From assembly GCA_028700115.1 (NCBI GenBank), contig JAQVTI010000005.1, positions 1 to 32,000 on the forward strand: DNA of 32,000 bases, written 5' to 3'. Position 1 is the first letter of the stretch; each line of letters opens with the position of its first letter. The stretch comes from Candidatus Iainarchaeum sp. GTDB taxonomy: Archaea > Iainarchaeota > Iainarchaeia > Iainarchaeales > CSSED10-239. A program made the position numbers and the translations under genes. The notes under the pieces were generated by a model. That model did not search any database and was not told the origin of the DNA. It was given only the letters and a program-made list of their open reading frames with translations. This document shows, one piece after another, positions 8,166 through 17,798 of this stretch.

Positions 8166-10751
8166 CTATTCATGGAAAAAATTAATATTTTTTCCAAGAT
8201 ATGCTTTTTCTGGAGAAAGTCCATCATCACCATAAATATACTGTATATACTGTCCATCTGCTGTTTCTACAGATAATTTATCTGTTACAACTAAATCTTT
8301 TAAAGCATTTGAAAGTCTTCTATACAAATATCCAGAAACTTTTGTTGCAACACCTGTATCAATTTCACCTTGTCTTCCACCTATAGAATGTACAAAATAT
8401 TGTTTAGGATCTAACCCATCAAAAAAGTTAGATGTTACAAATCCATAATCCATAAGTGATTTTGTTCCAACAAGATTTGTACTTAAAAATCTATTTGAAA
8501 AACCTGCTTTTGGTCTTCCTGTTCTTACAGTTACAAGCCCCCAAAGTCCAACCATATTTACAATATTTGTAAGTCTTCCTCTAGATCCTCCAACACTTGC
8601 AAGCATAACAGAATGATTATTTGCAATTATTCTTTCATTAAAAATTTCATTAAACTTTAAATCTAAAATTTCATTAGAAACTTCATTTTTAGTTTCCCCA
8701 GCTGCAGAAATCATTTCAAGTTCAAATGTTTCTTCTAAATTTTTTCCAGATATTAATGGTAAAGTTTTATTTTCAAACTTTCTTATAATCCCATTTGTTT
8801 TTGCAACTAATTTTTTAACTTTTTCATCCATACTTTTTCTAAGTTTTTCTGGAGCATTATATTCATCTAAAGCAACAGTAAATCCTTTTTTAGAAAAAGT
8901 ATAAAAAACTAATTTACAAAGCTTATAATAAAATTCAACAAGTTTATCTTCAGGATAATGTCTAGAAATAACATCTATTAAATTTCTATGTTTTGTCATT
9001 TTTTCATCTAAAACTCCTGAAATTAATTTTCCTTTTTCAATTTTTAAAGAACAATCATATTTTTCTATATCTTTTTTTGTTATTTTTCCTTTAAGTTCTT
9101 TCAAAATAGTATATAACTTATTATTATATTCTATAGATAAATCTTTAGGAATAATTTGACTAACAATTAATTTACCAGAATACATTCCTTTTCCTCTATC
9201 TGAAGGAGGAAGTTCTTTTATACCAATTGAATATAACATTTCCATAGCTTCTTTTTTTGTAAAAATAGTATCTTTTTTTGTAAGTAAAAATGACCCAGAA
9301 ATTATGTCTTCTACAGGAGTAATCAATGGATTCCCATCTCTTAAACTAATTATATGTTTTTCAACCATCATTAAATTTTTTATTTCAGCAATAGAAGATT
9401 CACTTTGTGGGGCATGTATTTGCATTTCATCTCCATCAAAATCTGCATTATATGGAGCACATGCAATTGGATTTAATCTAAATGTTTTCCCTGGCAATAT
9501 TTTTACTTTGTGACCCATAATTGAAACTCTATGTAATGTAGGTTGTCTATTAAAAATAACTACATCACCATCTACAAGATTTCTTTTAACAATCATTCCT
9601 TCTTCAAGTGAATCTATAATATCTTTTTTAAATTCAGGAGATACAATTTTTCTTCTTCCATTTTTTGTAATTATATATTTTACCATATCTTTTTCTATAT
9701 ATTCTTTAATTTTTGGGAGATTCCAAAAAGTAATTTTTTCAGGAAAAGTTAATGTTTTTGCAACTTGTTCTGGAACTCCAAGTTCATCAATTGCAATTTC
9801 TGTAGAGGGAGTTATTGTAGATCTAGATGCAGAATTAACTCTTTTTCCAATTAAATTATATCTAAATCGTCCTTTTTTTCCTTGAAGTCTTTGAGCAAGA
9901 GTATTTAATGGTCTTCCAGATCTATGTTTTGCAGGTGGAACTCCTGCTGTATTATTATCAACATAAGTTGTTATATTATATTGTAAAAGATCCCATAAAT
10001 CTTCAACAATAATCTGTGGGGCTCCTGCATTAATATTTTCTAAAAGCCTATTATTTATTCTAACAATATTTAAAATCATATGTGTTAAATCACTTTCTGC
10101 AGTAATCACATTTTCTAAAGAAAGAGAAGGTCTTACAGTTACTGGAGGTACAGGAAGTGCACTTGAAATAAACCATTGTGGCTTTAGCTTATCAGAATAT
10201 CCAAATAAAAATAAATCATTATCTGGAACTTTTATAACCCAATCTAAAATTTCTGAAGCATACATTCTTTCTCCATCAAGATAAAAATTTGTAGGTTTAT
10301 CTAAAAGTAATTTAGGTTTTTCAAAACCACAATGTGGGCATTTTTTAATAGTTTTTATTCTTGTAATTAATTCCTTTACAGTTTTATCTATATCAAAAGA
10401 TTCTTTTAAAAAATCATTAATTTCTTCATCAGAAAGCATTATTCTTCCACAATCTTTACAAGTACATTGTAAAATAGAAAATATTTTTTCAGAAAATTTA
10501 GGGTGAATAACAGGTCTTACAAGTTCAATATGTCCAAAATGCCCAGGACAATCTTTCATAGTATGTCCACAAGTTTTACATCTAAGACCTGGAGAAATAA
10601 CTCCTAAATGAAGATCCATAACTCCTCTTTCAATAGGATATCCATCTTTATCATAAGTATCTGATCTAGATATTTCTACAGAAGACATTTTTCTAATAAT
10701 TTCTGGACTTAATATCCCAAATTCAATTGATTTAATTTTTTTAGTAGTCAT
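8166..10751 (-). CDS. rpoA1: DNA-directed RNA polymerase subunit A'
   Basis: Catalytic NADFDGDEMQIHAPQ, zinc-binding CKTCGHTMKDCPGHFGHIEL, RPTLHRVSIMGHKV. Confidence 0.99.
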   Translation of the reverse strand: MTTKKIKSIEFGILSPEIIRKMSSVEISRSDTYDKDGYPIERGVMDLHLGVISPGLRCKTCGHTMKDCPGHFGHIELVRPVIHPKFSEKIFSILQCTCKDCGRIMLSDEEINDFLKESFDIDKTVKELITRIKTIKKCPHCGFEKPKLLLDKPTNFYLDGERMYASEILDWVIKVPDNDLFLFGYSDKLKPQWFISSALPVPPVTVRPSLSLENVITAESDLTHMILNIVRINNRLLENINAGAPQIIVEDLWDLLQYNITTYVDNNTAGVPPAKHRSGRPLNTLAQRLQGKKGRFRYNLIGKRVNSASRSTITPSTEIAIDELGVPEQVAKTLTFPEKITFWNLPKIKEYIEKDMVKYIITKNGRRKIVSPEFKKDIIDSLEEGMIVKRNLVDGDVVIFNRQPTLHRVSIMGHKVKILPGKTFRLNPIACAPYNADFDGDEMQIHAPQSESSIAEIKNLMMVEKHIISLRDGNPLITPVEDIISGSFLLTKKDTIFTKKEAMEMLYSIGIKELPPSDRGKGMYSGKLIVSQIIPKDLSIEYNNKLYTILKELKGKITKKDIEKYDCSLKIEKGKLISGVLDEKMTKHRNLIDVISRHYPEDKLVEFYYKLCKLVFYTFSKKGFTVALDEYNAPEKLRKSMDEKVKKLVAKTNGIIRKFENKTLPLISGKNLEETFELEMISAAGETKNEVSNEILDLKFNEIFNERIIANNHSVMLASVGGSRGRLTNIVNMVGLWGLVTVRTGRPKAGFSNRFLSTNLVGTKSLMDYGFVTSNFFDGLDPKQYFVHSIGGRQGEIDTGVATKVSGYLYRRLSNALKDLVVTDKLSVETADGQYIQYIYGDDGLSPEKAYLGKNINFFHE

Positions 10752-10822
10752 AATAAATACCTTTTTTCATATAAATTATATTTTTTTTAAGTTTTTAATT
10801 TAAAAATATTTTAAATAAAAAT

Positions 10823-12640
10823 TTATTCAATTTTATCTCCAATATTTAATTTTGGATAAACTCCTAAAGATTTAAGCTCATCTAAAAGTAATTTAAATCC
10901 ATAATTTATTTTTACTTTAGAAATATTACCACCATCACATATAGGGCAATATCTTCTATTTCTTATTTTATCATCAATTGCTAAAACACCACAATCATCA
11001 CAAACATAAACTTCTAATTCATCAGCATCATCCATCAACTTTTCATGTAAAAGCATAGCAGCACCATGTGAAACTAAAGCATCACCTTCCATTTCACCAA
11101 ATCTTAATCCCCCACCTTTTTCTTTACCTTCAGTAGGTTGTCTTGTAAGAAGTTGTATAGATCCTCCATCTCTTGCTTGAATTTTATTTGTAACTACATG
11201 ATATAATCTTTTAAAAGAAATTGGACCAACAAAAATAGGCATATCTATCTTTTCACCTGTGGTTCCATTATAAAATGTTTCTTTTCCATCTTCTCTAAAA
11301 CCATATTTTTTAAGAAGTTTAAAAATATAATCTTTATCTGCATAATATGCAGTACCATCTATTTCATCACCAAGTAAAGCTCCTGCTTTACCAGCAATTG
11401 TTTCAAAAAGATGACCTAATGTCATTCTTGAAGGAATAGAATGCGGATTCATAATAAAATCTGGTTTAATTCCAGAAGCAGTAAAAGGCATATCTGCTTC
11501 ATCAACAACAGCACCAATAACTCCTTTTTGCCCATGGTGAGATGAAAATTTATCCCCAATTTGAGGAATTAAAGTAGTTCTTACTTTAACTTTTGCAAGT
11601 TTAATTCCCCCAACTGTTTGAGAAACTAAAACTCTATCAATAAAACCATCTAAATGCTTTCTTGCAGTAACAGAAGATTCTCTTCTATCTTCAGAAACAA
11701 TTCCAAAATCAGAAATTTCTTCTACAAATCTTGGTGGAGAACTCATACCTATAATTACTCCTCCATTTGGAACATATGATTCTACATTTGCAAGACCATC
11801 TATTCCTAAAGAAACATATGCTTCTTCTCCTCTATAACCTAAAATATTTTCTGAAGGCACAATAAATTCATCTGCTTGCCCTGAAGGATATCTATTTTCT
11901 TGAGCAGAATAAGATCTATAATAAGATGATCTTCCTAATCCTCTTTCAATCGAACCTTTATTTAAAATCATTGCATCAAGCATATTATATCCTTCAAAAG
12001 GCATAATTGCAACAACACAATTTTGAATCATTGGTCTTTTATCAATTCCAAGCATTTTTTCAGTTCTAGTTGTAACTAATGGTTTTTGAGGATAATATAA
12101 AACATGCATTTCTGTATCAAATCTGTTTTTATAATTTATAGAAGGAAGCCCAACTGCTTGTTTAAAAATTTTAGCACCAAAAATAGCTTTTCCAGCCATA
12201 TTATGATTAATAAAAGGAATCATAGATGAAATTATACTAAAAATTGCAGTCCCTGAAATTTCTAAATGTGTATGATCCGGAGTAATATCTTTTTCATCAA
12301 TTGCAACTAATGCATTTTCTTCTTCTTCTGCATCAAGATATTCAATTATTCCTTTTTCAATTAAATCATTCCAATGTAATTTATTTTCTTTAACTTCTTG
12401 ATAAATTTCTTTTGTAAGTTTAGATTTCCCATTATCTAAAATAATTAAAGGTCTTTGAAGTCTTCCAGAATCTGTACTTAAATAAAGTTCATTTATATCT
12501 TTTATATAAGAAATATTTATTTGGGCATCAATTTCTCCTTTTCGTCTTTTTTTAATAAGATCATTTTTTAATTTTTCAGGATTATTACTAAAACCTATTA
12601 AACTTCCATTTATATAAACTTTACATTTATTTATTGCCAT
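10823..12640 (-). CDS. rpoB1: DNA-directed RNA polymerase subunit B' (C-terminal half of B)
   Basis: Contains NCVVAIMPFEGYNMLDAMILNKGSIERGLGRSSYYRSY, GDKFSSHHGQKGVIG, KGGGLRFGEMEGDALVSHGAAMLLHEKLMDDADELEVYVCDDCG...CPICDGG. Confidence 0.98.
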   Translation of the reverse strand: MAINKCKVYINGSLIGFSNNPEKLKNDLIKKRRKGEIDAQINISYIKDINELYLSTDSGRLQRPLIILDNGKSKLTKEIYQEVKENKLHWNDLIEKGIIEYLDAEEEENALVAIDEKDITPDHTHLEISGTAIFSIISSMIPFINHNMAGKAIFGAKIFKQAVGLPSINYKNRFDTEMHVLYYPQKPLVTTRTEKMLGIDKRPMIQNCVVAIMPFEGYNMLDAMILNKGSIERGLGRSSYYRSYSAQENRYPSGQADEFIVPSENILGYRGEEAYVSLGIDGLANVESYVPNGGVIIGMSSPPRFVEEISDFGIVSEDRRESSVTARKHLDGFIDRVLVSQTVGGIKLAKVKVRTTLIPQIGDKFSSHHGQKGVIGAVVDEADMPFTASGIKPDFIMNPHSIPSRMTLGHLFETIAGKAGALLGDEIDGTAYYADKDYIFKLLKKYGFREDGKETFYNGTTGEKIDMPIFVGPISFKRLYHVVTNKIQARDGGSIQLLTRQPTEGKEKGGGLRFGEMEGDALVSHGAAMLLHEKLMDDADELEVYVCDDCGVLAIDDKIRNRRYCPICDGGNISKVKINYGFKLLLDELKSLGVYPKLNIGDKIE

Positions 12641-12677
12641 AATTATTACACATTTTTTTATTTTTATATATTATATT

Positions 12678-14135
12678 TTAAATATTAATTTCTTCAACAT
12701 CAATATTTTTTAAAACAACTTCATTAGAAACATCTGTAGTTACTCTTGCCATAAGAGATAAATTTTTAGAAAGTCCACAATTTGGCCCATCAGGAGTTTC
12801 TATAGGACAAAGTCTTCCCCAATGAGTTCCATGAACATCTCTTGCTTCATAAAGTTCTCTTTGAGAATCTAATGTAGATTTTACTTTTCTCATATTTGTA
12901 AGTGGAGCAACATAATTTACTCTATCTAAAAAAGCACAAACACCTGTAATTTGACCAATCCAAGTTCCTGTTGAAACAGCAAAATTAATTCTATCTGTAA
13001 TTGCATTAGGTCTAATTACAGTTGTTATATTTAATTTTCTATGTCTTGAAATAGTTCTATCTATTTGAAATTTTAAATCATTTATAAAATGTTTAAAAGA
13101 ATATCTAAATAAATTTTCCATAAGCTTCCCAGAAAGTTCTAATCTTTTATTAGAATAATGATCTTTATCTGCATCTGGTCTTAAATTATATGCTTTTTCT
13201 ATAATTTTTGTAGCCATTGTAATTAAATAATAAGCTTTTGCAGTTCTATCTTTTTTATCTTGACCAATATGAGGAAGTAAAAAAGAATCAATAACTTCTT
13301 GAGCTCTTCTAAGTCTATATGTTTGTGTTTGAGAAGGCGCTACAGCTTTTCCAATTTTATCTAATGCTTCTTGATTAGAAGTACATTCTATTTTATCAAG
13401 ATTTAATAAAATTTCATTTCTAATTATTTTTTCATCAGAAAAAAGTTCTATAATTTTATTTTCTTTTTCAATACCAAGTGCATTAATTAATTCTACTAAT
13501 GCTAATTTTCTTGGAGAAGATGGAAAAGTAACATATAAAAGTCCTTCTGTATTTCTTTCAATTTTAACTTTTCCTTTAAAAGCACCTTTTACAGAAATAA
13601 CTTGTGCTTTTATAACTCCTAAATCAGTCTCCCCAAGTAATATTCTATCTAATGCTAAAACTTCTTGTGTAATTAAAGATTTTTCAGAACCATTTACAAC
13701 AAAATATCCCCCAAAATCCATTGGGTCCTCTCCAAAATCAATAAGATCTTGATTTGAAAGTCCATGTAAATTACAATATTTTGATTTTACAATTATAGGA
13801 ATATCTCCTACATAAACTCTTTTTTCATCAATTTTCACATTTTTTCTAAAAAGTTCAATATCTAAATAAATAGACCCTGCATAAGTCATATTTCTTTGTC
13901 TTGCTTCCATTGGAGTTAATCTAACTCTTGCACTTCTATCTGCTTCATTTATTTCAGGTCTTGTTATTTCTACATTTGATAGTTTTATTAAAACATTATT
14001 ATTACATTCAATTTCAGAATATTCTTGAATAATTTCTGGAATTTTTTCATCAATAAACTGATCAAAAGATTTTATTCTTTGATATATTGGTCCATATTGT
14101 TTATAATAAGATTCAATTAATGCCCATTTGTCCAT
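12678..14135 (-). CDS. rpoB2: DNA-directed RNA polymerase subunit B'' (N-terminal half of B)
   Basis: Contains GGYFVVNGSEKSLITQEVLALDR, DARDVHGTHWGRLCPIETPDGPNCGLSKNLSLMARV-like C-terminus. Confidence 0.98.
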   Translation of the reverse strand: MDKWALIESYYKQYGPIYQRIKSFDQFIDEKIPEIIQEYSEIECNNNVLIKLSNVEITRPEINEADRSARVRLTPMEARQRNMTYAGSIYLDIELFRKNVKIDEKRVYVGDIPIIVKSKYCNLHGLSNQDLIDFGEDPMDFGGYFVVNGSEKSLITQEVLALDRILLGETDLGVIKAQVISVKGAFKGKVKIERNTEGLLYVTFPSSPRKLALVELINALGIEKENKIIELFSDEKIIRNEILLNLDKIECTSNQEALDKIGKAVAPSQTQTYRLRRAQEVIDSFLLPHIGQDKKDRTAKAYYLITMATKIIEKAYNLRPDADKDHYSNKRLELSGKLMENLFRYSFKHFINDLKFQIDRTISRHRKLNITTVIRPNAITDRINFAVSTGTWIGQITGVCAFLDRVNYVAPLTNMRKVKSTLDSQRELYEARDVHGTHWGRLCPIETPDGPNCGLSKNLSLMARVTTDVSNEVVLKNIDVEEINI

Positions 14136-14189
14136 TTAAAATCACACCTTTAAAAATATAATTTAAAAAATAATTTAAAATTAATTTAA

Positions 14190-14588
14190 TTAATCTTTAA
14201 CTACTCTTCTATAATATAAAGTTTCCCCAACATTTGAATTTTTTCTTTTAATTTCGATTATATCTCCAACTTTAACTTCTAAATGCCTAATTGCTTTATC
14301 AGAAATAAATATAATAGGCATTCTTTCTGAAGATAAGTCTTTTTCTGAAAGTTTTAAAACTTCTTCTTGATCTAAAATCCTATGCTCTGGGATATAACTA
14401 TGAATAACTTGATCTTTTAATCTTCTTTCTCTTCTATTTTTCTTTTTATATGCTTTTTCTTTTGGTTCTTTTTTTTCTTTTGTTTTTGATTTAGAACTAG
14501 TTATATCTAAGATTTCAACATCTTTAATTTCTTCTTTTGAAAAAACTTTTTTAGATTTTGTTTCTTTTTTTACCAAAATAAACACCAT
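14190..14588 (-). CDS. rpoH: DNA-directed RNA polymerase subunit H (Rpb5-like) with a basic N-terminal extension
   Basis: C-terminal ~75 aa HSYIPEHRILDQEEVLKLSEKDLSSERMPIIFISDKAIRHLEVKVGDIIEIKRKNSNVGETLYYRRVV matches archaeal RpoH. Lies immediately upstream of rpoB''. Confidence 0.93.
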   Translation of the reverse strand: MVFILVKKETKSKKVFSKEEIKDVEILDITSSKSKTKEKKEPKEKAYKKKNRRERRLKDQVIHSYIPEHRILDQEEVLKLSEKDLSSERMPIIFISDKAIRHLEVKVGDIIEIKRKNSNVGETLYYRRVVKD

Positions 14589-15182
14589 TTTTATAATTTT
14601 TAATAAATTTCCATAATATAATTTTTAATTAAATTATTATTCAAAAAAACACCTTTGATCTTTAAATAAAGAAAAAAGATAAATGATTAGATTATTATTT
14701 TTATACTCTTTAATATTATTAAAAATAGTTATAAATATACTTTTTTTAAAAAATAGCACAAATAATGCCACAGATAAATAGAAAGATGATAATAAGAGCA
14801 TAAAGTAATATAAGAAACGAAAACTTTATAAACTGTTTGTTGTTTTCCTCTAAAAAATAAAAGAATAATTTAAAAACAAATTTTATTAATTATTATTAAT
14901 TAGATTATAATTTTTAAAAAATATAATTATTATTAAAATGCTATTTTTAATAATATAAATAATGTATATTATATAAATAAATTTTAAAATAATATTTATA
15001 ACAAAAATTATAACAAAATAATTATTAAAAATAAAAATTATTTAATTATAAAATATATAAAAAAATATTTTTAAAAATAAATAAAAAAAAATTTTAAAAA
15101 TAAAGAAAATAATTTTTTTAAAAATAAAGAAAACAATTATAAATATAACTAATAATATATATATAATATAAAAATAATTGAG

Positions 15183-15902
15183 TTGAAAAATATGGAACGA
15201 GTACCAACAGGTGTAAAAGGTTTTGATGAACTTATACAAGGAGGAATCCCAAAAGGAGCTTCTGTTTTAGTTTCTGGAGGAGCAGGTTCTGGAAAAACAA
15301 TTTTTGCAACTACATTTATTTATGAAGGTGCAAGAAAATTTGGAGATCCAGGTCTTTTTGTAACAGTTGAAGGAAATTTAAAAAACATTGTATGGAATAT
15401 GGAAAATTTTGGATGGGATATTAAATCTTTAGAACAAAAAAATTTAATGAAAATATATAGAATGCATATTGACCCTAGAAAACCTGTTGAACCACAAATA
15501 GACAAAGAATTAGATATTATTACTTCTATGGTAAAAGATATTGGTGCAACAAGACTAACAATAGATTCAACAACATCTTTTGGGGCATGGATGTCTGATC
15601 AAGGAAAATTAAGAAATTTATTATTTAGATTTGTAGATTCTTTAAAAGATTTAAATTGTACAACTATGCTTACAGCAGAAACAAAAGGTGGAGCAAGAGA
15701 TTTTAGTGCATATGGTGTTGAAGAATTTGTAGTTGATGGAATTTTTGCAATGTATTTTATTCCACCAAATAGATCTATTTTTATAAGAAAATTAAGAGGT
15801 ACAAAACATTCTCAAAGCGTTCATCCTTGTGAAATTACAGAACATGGATTAGATATAAAACCTAAAGATGAAGTTATGTGGAGTGCAATTAAACAATATT
15901 AG
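15183..15902 (+). CDS. Single-domain KaiC/GvpD/RAD55-family RecA-like ATPase
   Basis: VPTGVKGFDELIQGGIPKGASVLVSGGAGSGKTIFATTFIYEGARKFGDPGLFVTVEG (Walker A) and TRLTIDSTTSFGAW (Walker B). The track start is TTG; ATG at 15192 (MERVPTG...) is the more likely start. Confidence 0.93.
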   Translation: MKNMERVPTGVKGFDELIQGGIPKGASVLVSGGAGSGKTIFATTFIYEGARKFGDPGLFVTVEGNLKNIVWNMENFGWDIKSLEQKNLMKIYRMHIDPRKPVEPQIDKELDIITSMVKDIGATRLTIDSTTSFGAWMSDQGKLRNLLFRFVDSLKDLNCTTMLTAETKGGARDFSAYGVEEFVVDGIFAMYFIPPNRSIFIRKLRGTKHSQSVHPCEITEHGLDIKPKDEVMWSAIKQY

Positions 15903-15973
15903 ATTTTTTTAAAATTTTCTAAAAAAATCTTTTTTTTTATTTTATAATTTATTTAAATAATTATATTAAAAAA

Positions 15974-17722
15974 CTAATTATTTTGTAAATCAAAAATACG
16001 ATTTATCTCTTCTGAAGTTGTTGTTTGAAAACAAGTCTTATCAGTTCTAAATTTAATAAACCTTGGAAATCTTAAAGCAAGACCAGTTTTTTTAATATTA
16101 CTATAACAACAAGTATGTAAATTACTAAAAGTAATATCATCAAAATTAATTTCAACAATTATTTTTGGCAAAACATAATAATCTGGTTCTATATTTGTAC
16201 ATATATTTATAGGCTTATAAGAAAGTTTATCTTTTTCAAAAATATTACAAAGATATTTAAGAATATCATCACTAAGTCCAGATCCAAGTTTTGCGATAGT
16301 TTTATATTTTTCATCAAAAGAATCATAAATACCCATTAATAATGCCCCAACTTTATTTTCAGATCTTTTTCCTTGTCCTAAAAATACTCCTAATATAACC
16401 GCATCTATTGTATCTAAAGAATTATTATAATAAGATTTTTTAAATTTAATCCAATTAAAACCACGAGAACCAGCTTTATATGAAGAATCTAAATCTTTTG
16501 CAATTATACCTTCAAATCCATTTTCAATTCTATTATTAAAAAAATCTTCTAATTCTTTCACATTTTTTGTAATAATTATTTCTGTGGGTTTAATAATTTC
16601 AGAAATATTAAAATATTTTTCAATAATTTTTCTTCTTTCTAAATTTGATAAAGAAAAAGTTTCTTTATCTTTAAAATAAATAATATCAAAAACCTTTAAA
16701 TGTAAAGGAAGTTTTTTAGATTTTTCAAAAATATCATATTTTCTTTTTCTTTGCATAGTTATTTGAAAAGGTAAATATCTATTATTAATATAATCATATG
16801 CAATTGCTTCACAATCAATTATAAAATCAAAATTAATTTTTTTAATTTCTTCAACAATATCTGGAAACATATTACTCATTTCTTCTTGATTTCTTGAAAA
16901 AATTTTAATTACTTGCCCAAATTTATGAATTTGTTGCCTAAAACCATCAATTTTAGAATCAACTATAAATTCTTTATTTTCAGGTCCAGAAAGCCTTTTT
17001 ACAATTTCTGAAAAATTCTTTGCTCTTTCACAAAGTGCAGACTTAAAGGGCACAAATTTTTCTAAAGATAAATTTTCTAAAAATAAAATTCCTTTTTCTT
17101 TAATAATTTTAGATAAATATCCAAGATCTGAAATTATCTCATATTTTATAGAAATTATTTCTCTAGATTTTTTTTGATCTATAGAATCATCTAAAAAAGA
17201 AAGTGCATCAATTATTGTAGAATCCCCAAAACCAAGTCTAAAAGAAATAGGAAATCTTATAATATATTTTGCTGAAATTTTATCTAGGTTAAAAAGAATT
17301 GATTCAAAAATTTGTAATTTTTTAAAAATCGCATTTTTTCCATCAATATTAGATATCTTTTCTAAAGCTAAATAAACATCTAAAAATTCAAGTTCTTTTG
17401 AAAAAAGAGTTTTTTGAAAAACTTTAGATTCTAAAGAAGTAATAACAATTCCTAAATCTCCTTTTTTATTAAGTTCTTTTTTCACAGCAACAGTTGTTTG
17501 TCCAAGATATTTTGCAATTAAATTAATTAATGTTTTTGGACCTATATTTATTTCTTTTCCTTTATAAATAGGACCAATTGTCCCTTGTAAAAAATAAACT
17601 AATTTAGAAAGTTCTTCAGAATTAACTTTTAAAAAAATTTCTTTTAAAATACTTGCAATTTCTAATCTTGAAGAAGTTTTTTCAATTTTTTCAAAATATA
17701 AACAAATCTCTTTAAATTTCAT
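15974..17722 (-). CDS. lig: ATP-dependent DNA ligase
   Basis: Adenylation motif FIVDSKIDGFRQQIHKFGQ (KxDG), NGFEGIIAKDLDSSYKAGSRGFNWIKFKKSY, and VFDIIYF. Archaeal/LIG1-like architecture, 582 aa. Confidence 0.93.
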   Translation of the reverse strand: MKFKEICLYFEKIEKTSSRLEIASILKEIFLKVNSEELSKLVYFLQGTIGPIYKGKEINIGPKTLINLIAKYLGQTTVAVKKELNKKGDLGIVITSLESKVFQKTLFSKELEFLDVYLALEKISNIDGKNAIFKKLQIFESILFNLDKISAKYIIRFPISFRLGFGDSTIIDALSFLDDSIDQKKSREIISIKYEIISDLGYLSKIIKEKGILFLENLSLEKFVPFKSALCERAKNFSEIVKRLSGPENKEFIVDSKIDGFRQQIHKFGQVIKIFSRNQEEMSNMFPDIVEEIKKINFDFIIDCEAIAYDYINNRYLPFQITMQRKRKYDIFEKSKKLPLHLKVFDIIYFKDKETFSLSNLERRKIIEKYFNISEIIKPTEIIITKNVKELEDFFNNRIENGFEGIIAKDLDSSYKAGSRGFNWIKFKKSYYNNSLDTIDAVILGVFLGQGKRSENKVGALLMGIYDSFDEKYKTIAKLGSGLSDDILKYLCNIFEKDKLSYKPINICTNIEPDYYVLPKIIVEINFDDITFSNLHTCCYSNIKKTGLALRFPRFIKFRTDKTCFQTTTSEEINRIFDLQNN

Positions 17723-17798
17723 AAAAATATAATAATAGAAAAAGCTTAAAAAACAAATGAATATAAAAAATAAAGATAAATATATATGTAATCAAAAA

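Noticed and set aside
8201-8386. 61-aa plus-strand ORF
   Set aside because: Antisense to the rpoA' C-terminus; composition is a mirror of the coding strand.
9304-9513. 69-aa plus-strand ORF
   Set aside because: Antisense to the NADFDGD catalytic region of rpoA'; shadow of strong coding constraint.
10823-14135. Two rpoB ORFs as a frameshifted gene
   Set aside because: The B''/B' split at this position is a well-known archaeal arrangement, and each part has its own start, stop and a ~37-nt spacer.
15042-15239. 65-aa minus-strand ORF
   Set aside because: Phe/Ile/Tyr low-complexity translation of AT-rich spacer, overlapping the start of the KaiC-like gene.
15320-15505. 61-aa minus-strand ORF
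   Set aside because: Antisense within the KaiC-like ATPase gene.
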